A stretch of 7,204 bases of DNA from the NCBI GenBank assembly GCA_030704615.1, contig JAKLZA010000259.1, positions 1 to 7,204 on the forward strand, written 5' to 3'. Shown here piece after piece: positions 1-6,676 of this stretch (its first letter is position 1; the number at the start of each line of letters is the position of its first letter). Position numbers and translations under genes: made by a program. Below the pieces are notes generated by a model. That model had not been told where the DNA came from. It made no database searches and saw nothing but the letters and a program-made list of their open reading frames with translations. Source of the stretch: Takakia lepidozioides (Eukaryota > Plantae > Bryophyta).

Positions 1-386
1 TCTCCCAAGTTGCGGAGGACAGCAAACTATAGCGTAGGAATTCGGAGCCATCGAACACCGCACGGAGTTGGCAAGTGCGAGGTTCAGTATAGCGACAGAC
101 CAAGGCTCACAGGCACCATCTAAGTGGATCTGCGGAGTCCATCGACGATTGGAAGTCGCACATTGAAGTGGAAAGTATTGTTTCAAGCTACATGCATGAA
201 GGTAGGAGGTTTGATTCCATAGCCAGTGAGTATGACAATGATGGCCGATTCGGCGACGAAATAAAATCTCCTGACAGTTTCTCCTGAGGGTGGATCCAGC
301 AGTATTCTCGGTGCAGACAGGAACGTTCGCACTGACAAGTGCCAGGACTGCTGGTTAAAACGGTCAGACAACCAAGTTGTGCTCAT
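1..386 (-). CDS. Possible 5' part of a divergent gene, unknown product
   Basis: ATG at 386 opens MSTTWLSDRFNQQSWHLSVRTFL... to a stop at 183; a neighbouring frame stays open from ~190 to the window start. No recognisable motif. Confidence 0.2.
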
Positions 387-478
387 CAAGACTGGCCGCA
401 ATTGTGTTGTTTCGGAACAATGCAACCCAATGAGGTTCCAGATTTCCCGTCCCGAGTGATTCTTTCGATTGCTGGTGG

Positions 479-2190
479 ACGGAAATACGGCGCCGCATTT
501 CCGTATTGCATCTTGGTCATGCACCAGAGCGACGGAAATGCGGCACCGAGTTTCCGTCCGGGGGAAACCTTTATACTCTCCAGAACGGAAATGCGGTAAC
601 GCATTTCCATCCAGCAAGCACGGTATGTGAAGGTCGAACGGAAATGCGGTACCGCATTTCCGTTCTGATTGAGATTTATGAACAACGGGAACAGAAATGC
701 GGCACCGCATTTCCGTCCGAGTCGCACTTTTCCGACATTTCAGAACGGAAATGCGGCGCCGCATTTCCATTTTGTATCTGATGCATGGAGCTGGGATAGA
801 AATGCTGCAGCACATTTCCGTCCTTAAAAGACATTCATACTCTCCAGAACGGAAATGCGGTACCGCATTTTCATTCAACAAGCACGGTATGTGACGGTGG
901 AACGGAAATGCAGTACCTCATTTCCGTTCTGATTGAGATTTATGAACAACGGGAACAGAAATGCGGCACCGCATTTCCGTCCGAGTCGCACCTTCCGACA
1001 TTCCAGAACGGAAATGCAGCGCCGCATTTCCATTTTGTATCTGATGCATGGAGCCGAGTGCGATTCCGACAGCTTCATACAGCGCAATTCCGACCGCTTG
1101 AGACATTCATACTATCCAGAACGGTGGGCACCGCATTTCCGTTCTGACTGAAAATCGTGAACCATCTGAACTGAAATGCGGCAACGTATTTCCATCCGAG
1201 TCGCACCTACCAACATTCCAGAACGGAAATGCGGTACCGCATTTCCGTTCTGACTGAAAATCGTGAACCATCGAAACTGAAATGCGGCAGCGCATTTCCA
1301 TCCGAGTCGCACCTTCCAACATTTCAGAACGGAATGTATTAGATTCAAAAGGGAAATGCGGCACCGCATTTCCATTCTGATGAAATATCCTGAAACATCG
1401 AACTGAAATGCGGTAACGCATTGTACCGCATTTCCGTCGGAGTCGCACCTTCCGACATTCCAAAACGGAAATGCGGCGCCGCATTTCCGTTTTGTATGTG
1501 AGGCATGGAGCTGTGGAACGAAAATGCGGCACAACATTTCCGCCAGCGTCAGACGTTAATACTCTACAGAACGGAAATGCGGTACCGCATTTCCATTCTG
1601 ACTGAAAATCGTGCGAAACGGGAACAGAAATGCGGCACCGCATTTCCGTTCGAGTCGCACCTTCCGACATTCTAGAACGGAAATGCGGCGCCGCATTTCC
1701 GTTTTGTATATTGGGCCTGAGCTGTGCTACGGAAATGTGTTGCCGCATTTCCATCCATGTGAGACCTTCAAACTTTCCAGACCGGAAATGCGGCACCGCA
1801 TTTCTGTCCAGGTGAGACTCTATACTTTCCCGAATGAAATGTGGCACGACATTTCCATTCATCAACTAACGTATGTGAAGTGGGAACGGAAATGCGGTAC
1901 CGCATTTCCGTTCACATTGAAAATCATGAACCACGGGAACTGAAATGTTGTTCCTTATTCCCGTCCCAATCGCACCTTTCGACATTCCAGAACGGAAATG
2001 CGGCGCCGCATTTCCCTTTTGAATCTCATACATGGAGCTGTGGGACGGAAATGCGGCACCGTATTTCCGTTCAACAACTAAGGTATGTGAAGGTGGAACT
2101 GAAATGCGGTGCCGCATTTTCTTCCAACAAGTACGGATGTGTAGCTTTGTGATGGTACTTAACGGAAATGCGGCGCCGCATTCGCATTTT
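479..2190. repeat. Array of ~31 palindromic 26-bp repeats (ACGGAAATGCGG-YR-CCGCATTTCCGT), 53-bp period, five recurring spacer classes (~264-bp higher-order repeat)
   Basis: Copies read directly, starting at 479, 532, 585, 638, 691, 745, 796, 849, 902, 955, 1008, 1121, 1170, 1223, 1276, 1350, 1402, 1465, 1518, 1571, 1624, 1677, 1729, 1782, 1833, 1886, 1939, 1992, 2045, 2098 and 2162. Most intervals are exactly 53 bp. Perfect 34-bp palindromes occur at 1219-1252 and 1461-1494. Partial or decayed copies at ~425-450, 1329 and 2215. Confidence 0.97.
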
Positions 2191-2612
2191 CGCTCCAACT
2201 GATCAGACGCTGGGACGGAATACCTTGAAATTTGAAACACGTGGAAAGCAACGGAATTGCTTTATGAAACATTGCACATGTCGGCACTCTATCTGACTGA
2301 AGGGGCATGAGGCGGCGCGGCCTGAAGAAGCAGCCCGTCCCTCTACTGGCTTCTTAACCGGCTCAGGCCGATTCACCCCCCCCAACGCGAATGAAGCAGC
2401 AGGGTAGAAGACAGATTCAATTGCAGCAGACACCTTCACCTGCAAGGATGAGGAAGCAGAAGAGCAAATCAGGCGCGCACGGGGCATGATCCGGCGCGAA
2501 CAGTCTTCCGCGAACAATCTCCCGCAAAACCGCTTCCACAGAGCCTGAAGCTCAGTTCCTGGAGGATTTCCCGCCTGCAGATGTTGGGGCCGACTCTGCT
2601 GCAGCGAAGGCA

Positions 2613-5600
2613 ATGGGATCGACCGTTGATGTCGATTTGGTACCGGAGGAGGGTGCTGCCGCTGAACGTTCGCAAGCAGACCTCACCACCGATGAGCAAG
2701 CAGGCCCGGAGGAGGCCTCTGCAATGGCAGAATTGCCCGCAGACAGGCCCCAGAGTGCAGCTCCAGTGGAGGATGCTCCAGCTGCTCAGCCACTACCGGC
2801 ACCTACAGACATGTCTCCGGAGGATTTCAAAAGTGCAGCGGATAAAATGTTGGAGGAGACACACAGTAGCATTGGCAGAGTTCTGGGCAGCAGGGTATTC
2901 CAGCGGACTCTTCGAATCCCACTCTGTCGCATGGTCTCCCTTCCCATCGTCAGGCAGGCCCTTCCCGGAGATGTGGATAAGCTCAAGTTCGCATTTCGAG
3001 AAGGGTACCGTCTGGGATCGGCAAGCGTTTTACGTTTCCATTGAGAATGAGGACGGCGAAACTCGTGGACCCACTGCCGATGAATTGTCAACATGGGATA
3101 CCCACTGGCACACTCGCAACCACGAATTCGAGGCGACGCTGAAGGGTGATCCAGACTTCGGCCATATGTCGGGTAAAATGTTCTTTGTGTGGACGGGAAT
3201 CACCGACTTCTCGCCTGGTGGGAGTACATCAAGCAGAACCATGCCAAGCACATTGGCTGGCATTACATGGTGGAGTGTGTCATCCTCAAGGTGAAGGCGG
3301 CAGACTCCTCCCTGCTCAAGAATGCCATGGCGGACCTCAACTCGTAAGATACTCATACCCTCCCTAGCACGTTCGAAATGCGGTGCCGCATTTCGGTTTC
3401 CATTCTGGTTTGTTTCGTGCTTCCGTGTACTGAACTGGAGAGTGTGCCTTGCAGGGTCACTGAGAATGCGTACGTGCATACCCACATGGCACACATGCTG
3501 TACAGGGTGAGGAAAACTGGTCTCACTGATCCGCACATGTTTGCGGAAATGCTGGAGCCCGAGCTCATTCAGAAAGCCGTTGCAAAACAGACCGGACATG
3601 GTATCGTCTCACTATGGATGGAATGGTGGAGGTGATATACGAAGTAAGTCGTCCTCCAATTTCCCTCTGCTCATCCTTCCCAATTTTCAGTAATGTTTCC
3701 ACATGAATCGAATGTAACGCTTCTGCATGTTTTTGTTGGCAGTCAAACATCAAGCTGGATTGGCCCATGCCAAACGCTTCTTCATGGAAAGTGGAGGCAG
3801 GTGAAAACGTTGCAGTCATTGACTGAGCACTTGAAGGAAGCCGGTGTCAAGTCCAGAACCAAATACAAGTCAAAGCTTGTGAAGCTGGTGGCAATTGCAG
3901 ATCCGGCACTTGGAAAGGACTTCATCCCGAGATTGCAAAACACTATTCTCGGGCCATGCAGCCGACCATGCAATTGGAGAAACTGCATCACCTCTCAACG
4001 GCATGTGTGGAGGCGAAAGAGAAGGTGAGGTTTTCAATGCACTGAAGTTCCTTCCTAGCAATAGCCACTCTCTTCCAGCTCCTGACATTGGATCGGAAAT
4101 GGCAGACACGGTGGCTGTCGATCTGGAATGCATCCGAGCATAAGGACAGGACTGTGGTCTTTTCCACTCGGAAGTTTCCGACCCTGCAGTGGATGTGTGG
4201 CTCAACCGTATGACTTGCTGGTTCCAGGTAATTCAAGGTACTCCCCAGATTTGCTTTTCTGACATGAATTCCCTGAACTGCTACGTGACAATGGATTTGG
4301 GAATGGCAGGTAATGTCGAATGCGAAGGAGCAAGTCGTAATGCACACAAAATTCGTTCGGCTTGTACGTCAAATGGGATGGAACACAGACATTGGAAGAC
4401 TACGTGACACGTTTCAGATGTGCGTACAAGGACAACCTTTTCGCCAGAGAGCTACAGACAGCAAGAAGGAGCGTGGAGTTTACACATCAGGAGGGAGCGG
4501 GGAAAGCTGCAATGCGAATTGTTTACAGGTGAAGCACAGCTGCCCTTGTATGCGAAGCCTGGTTACGAGGTTTGTCTCGGAAATGCGGCACCGCATTCGC
4601 ATTTTATGTTTTCGGTGGCACTCTGCCAGTAGGTTGGTCTCAACTTTTTGCTCACGCATGCTGACTGCCTTGCAGGTATATGAAATACGTGCTCCTTCAG
4701 ACAGGGGCCCTGCTCAAGAGCCCCCGTTCTTCATGGCTTGGACCGTGGCGGGCCCAAGCTGTGTCTACACACCCGAGATGCAGAAACAATGGCATCCGCG
4801 CATCTCGTTGGATGCCCCTGGTACCTGGACATGTCTGGCGGTATTGTTGACGAGTCTGAGAAAGATCTGCACGCCTTGGCAGAAGAGAAGAGAAAGGAAA
4901 GACGTGTCCCTGCTGGGCCAAAGTCGGCAAAGGAATCTGCTGCTCTGGAAGAATCCAGAAAGGCAGCTGAGATGGCACAAAAGACGGTGGATGCAGCTGT
5001 GCAGGCCCAACAGAAGGGTCGAAGAAGAGGACTCGCCAGCAAGGAGCAGCTGTTGTGACACCCGCCAAAACGAAGAAGCAGAAACAGCCTGTTCAGAAGA
5101 GGGTGAGGAAGAGGACTCCGATGGAGACTTTGCAACCAGCCCACCCCCCCAAACGCAGGCTGCCTCCCCTGTGCCCACCGTTGTCACGAGAGGCACGAGA
5201 ACTGGCTCGGCAAAGAAGGCACTCTTCAACCCCCCCAGGGGGCACCCTTTCGAGCCGGTGGAAATGAAGAGGCCGAAAGTGGCTCCCGAAACAGTAGTCC
5301 AGTGTGTAAATGAGAGTTTCTTGGCGGCTTTGGATGGACGGGCAGCCAAGTTGGCATACATGAAGACCATGGAGGGTCTGAAGGGCAGAGCACTGAAGAA
5401 GGCGACTGCCGAAGAGCCTTCCGACACCCCAGGATTTCAGAATATGGTCTCGTTCTTTGAGAAGGTGTGTGCAGACAAGGATTGTAGGAGGGGCGGAAAT
5501 GCCACCGAGTGGTCTTGCGATATGATCATCTTGGATATTCCGGACGGAGAGCCTGTGGAAGGACTGCAAGCTTTGCCATCTTGGAACAGGTACTCGGAGG

Positions 5601-6649
5601 ACTTTTGGAAGAAGGATTCGGCTTGCCCGCATGGTGTTGGACGACAGAGGCTGTGTGGTTGTCCTGGCGAGCAGAGGAAAAAACACTCAGACAGAATTGC
5701 GAAGTGGACCCGCAAGAGCGCCGTCCCGATTCTGAAAAAGAAGTGGACGTGCATCAACACACTGGGCCTTCGGTCGGAAGGGAAGAAGGTGATTACGACA
5801 CTGGCACTCGTCCATTCATTTGCTTGGGTGTTTTCAAATGCGGTGCCGCATTCGGTTTCTAATCGTTTTCCCCTGTGTGTATGCAGACGAAGCAGTTCGA
5901 TGCATACTGCTTTGTGAAGGAGAACTTCACCTTTGCTTTCCGGAAGGAGGGAGGAAAGGTTGACCCGAACTGCGACCCACCTCGATTACGACGTTCTGTT
6001 CAACAACGTTTCCCAAGGAACTTCTCCCTCATAGCCTCACTTCAACGGAACCCTGCGGTACTCACGGACTCGGAGCCCTGCCTTCATTCAGACAATTTAT
6101 GGAGACATGCACAGACGTGGAGGCACAGTGCTCGACCTCATCTGTGGGACAGGTATGCAGAATCTTGATCTATGCTGTTCTGCAAATTCTCGTTAGGATG
6201 TAGTTCGCAACATCTGAAGCGCCATGTGTAATGTGTGGATGGCATTGTAACAGGTGCCTCAATGTGGGCTGGGCGGTTTTCCGACCGGCACCTCTTTGCC
6301 TACGAGGAGGATTCATCCGTGTGGGGATCCCATCTGGAGGGCTGCAACGAATGTGAAGGCTCCCGACAGAGCGGAAGTCTCCTCGGATTCGTCGGAGTCC
6401 GAGGAAGACACAGTGGACATTGATGCGGAGGAGAACCCGGAATACGAGTGAGTGCAAACATTGTAAGTTTGCAAAGCCTTCTGGGTCATTTATGTCAAAC
6501 GAATTTCCCGACTGTGGTTCTCATTAGTCTCGTTGATGATTGTCATGTGCAGGATTTGCAGGGTCCGGGTCGAAACATGTAGGCCTACACTTCCTGCCAG
6601 GAAGAATGTCCCGTTCTTTGCGAGGGCCGACTTCATGACGAGCCCGTGA
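2613..6649 (+). CDS. Multi-exon, frameshifted gene for a ParB/Srx-like domain + beta-class amino-DNA-methyltransferase-fold fusion protein
   Basis: Manual assembly of exons ~2613-3343, 3455-3643, 3743-4227, 4310-4528, 4676-5788, 5887-6152, 6254-6447 and 6553-6649. Introns 1 and 3-7 join in consistent phase; the frame after intron 2 is ambiguous. Roughly 15-20 single-base frame corrections are needed. The 5' start is uncertain (frame open from 2490; coding-like sequence from ~2300). The gene could end at TGA 6449-6451 if intron 7 is not real. It may be a pseudogene or an error-rich sequence. Confidence 0.75.
2907..3290 (+). CDS. ParB/Sulfiredoxin-like N-terminal (CTPase/nuclease-fold) domain
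   Basis: After removing one A at ~3024 and adding one G at ~3192 it reads TLRIPLCRMVSLPIVRQALPGDVDKLKFAFREGYRLGSAAFYVSIENEDG...MSGKMFFVWDGNHRLLAWWEYIKQNHAKHIGWHYMVECVILK. DGNHRLLA (3192-3215) fits the ParB/Srx hydrophobic-strand-DGxxRxxA signature. The preceding IPL..R....D...L...F..GY segment fits the ParB N-terminal strand-helix pattern. Confidence 0.75.
3344..3454 (+). other. Spliceosomal intron 1 (phase 2), contains a palindrome copy
   Basis: GTAAGA donor, branch-like TACTGAAC near 3428, CCTTGCAG acceptor. Joins NAMADLN-S-VTENAYVHT in frame. Confidence 0.85.
3374..3395. repeat. Solo copy of the array palindrome in intron 1
   Basis: CGAAATGCGG-TG-CCGCATTTCG, with perfect 10-bp arms. Confidence 0.92.
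3644..3742 (+). other. Spliceosomal intron 2
   Basis: Perfect GTAAGT donor after TWYRLTMDGMVEVIYE, T-rich body, TTTTTGTTGGCAG acceptor. Downstream frame is ambiguous because of indels. Confidence 0.75.
4228..4309 (+). other. Spliceosomal intron 3 (phase 0)
   Basis: CAG|GTAATT donor, GGCAG|G acceptor. Joins DVWLNRMTCWFQ to VMSNAKEQVVMHTKF. Confidence 0.65.
4529..4675 (+). other. Spliceosomal intron 4 (phase 2), contains a palindrome copy
   Basis: CAG|GTGAAG donor, GCTGAC branch site at ~4660, CCTTGCAG|G acceptor. Joins KAAMRIVY-R-YMKYVLLQTG. Confidence 0.7.
4578..4605. repeat. Solo copy of the array palindrome in intron 4
   Basis: CGGAAATGCGG-CA-CCGCATTCGCATTTT, 27/28 identical to the last array copy (2163-2190). 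Confidence 0.92.
5516..6330 (+). CDS. Beta-class N6A/N4C DNA methyltransferase-like domain (divergent motif IV), split by introns 5 and 6
   Basis: Motifs appear in beta-class order. Motif IV region CDMIILDIPDG (5516-5548; cf. vDLIiTDPPY); LARMVLDDRGCVVVL (5622-5666; cf. rvLkpgGsl.v); TKQFDAYCFVK (5887-5919); FRQFMETCTD then GTVLDLICGT|GASMWAGRFSDRHLFAYEED across intron 6 (cf. gd.VLDPFcGSGtt..aa...gR..igiE.d, SAM-binding motifs I-II). Confidence 0.8.
5789..5886 (+). other. Spliceosomal intron 5 (phase 0), contains a palindrome copy
   Basis: AAG|GTGATT donor, CTAAT branch site at ~5859, TATGCAG acceptor. Joins WTCINTLGLRSEGKK to TKQFDAYCFVK. Confidence 0.75.
5836..5852. repeat. Solo copy of the array palindrome in intron 5
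   Basis: AAATGCGG-TG-CCGCATT, followed by CGGTTTC as in the intron 1 copy. Confidence 0.88.
6153..6253 (+). other. Spliceosomal intron 6 (phase 1) interrupting the SAM-binding motif
   Basis: CAG|GTATGC donor, TAACAG|GT acceptor. Splicing reconstitutes VLDLICGT-G-ASMWAG. Confidence 0.85.
6448..6552 (+). other. Probable spliceosomal intron 7 (phase 2)
   Basis: GTGAGT donor, AT-richer body, TGTGCAG acceptor. Gives a last exon ICRVRVETCRPTLPARKNVPFFARADFMTSP* ending at 6649. The alternative is a stop at 6449-6451. Confidence 0.55.
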
Positions 6650-6676
6650 GGGACTACTCCCTTCCTAATTATGCAG

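Noticed and set aside
479-2190. CRISPR array
   Set aside because: Spacers are not unique (five classes recur, e.g. 664-690 equals 928-954), the repeat is a full-length loopless palindrome, solo copies lie in spliceosomal introns, and no cas gene is present in the window.
183-2240. The many ORFs on both strands over the array (e.g. 183-881 -, 1107-1865 -, 1611-1943 +)
   Set aside because: They are translations of the palindrome in all frames (RKCGTAFP, EMRxRISV, GNAAPHFR), an artefact of a stop-poor repeat.
2245-2263. Short inverted repeat AAAGCAA-CGGAA-TTGCTTT between the array and the gene
   Set aside because: A 7-bp AT-rich stem is expected by chance, and there is no support for a terminator or operator.
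2581-3294. The 237-aa ORF as an independent gene
   Set aside because: Only 3025-3192 is in the likely coding frame; the rest is an off-frame shadow of exon 1.
3544-5510. Exonic half-sites CGGAAATG at ~3544, ~4094 and ~5494
   Set aside because: They lack the second arm and are explained by ordinary codons (AEM, SEM, GN); too short to call.
4697-5760. Minus-strand ORFs (4765-5427, 5093-5686 and others)
   Set aside because: They are antisense shadows of the GC-rich + strand exon 5, with no motifs.
4313-5917. The 534-aa ORF as one real protein
   Set aside because: It reads through introns 4 and 5, including the palindrome-derived EMRHRIR and NAVPHS, and is out of the likely coding frame in several stretches. 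Only parts (about 4313-4390, 4725-4795, 5020-5615 and 5680-5788) look genuine.
2613-6649. Bacterial restriction-modification or parAB operon
   Set aside because: The frame-consistent GT-AG introns, one of which splits the SAM motif, indicate a eukaryotic gene. No ParA Walker-A ATPase or restriction endonuclease is evident in the window.
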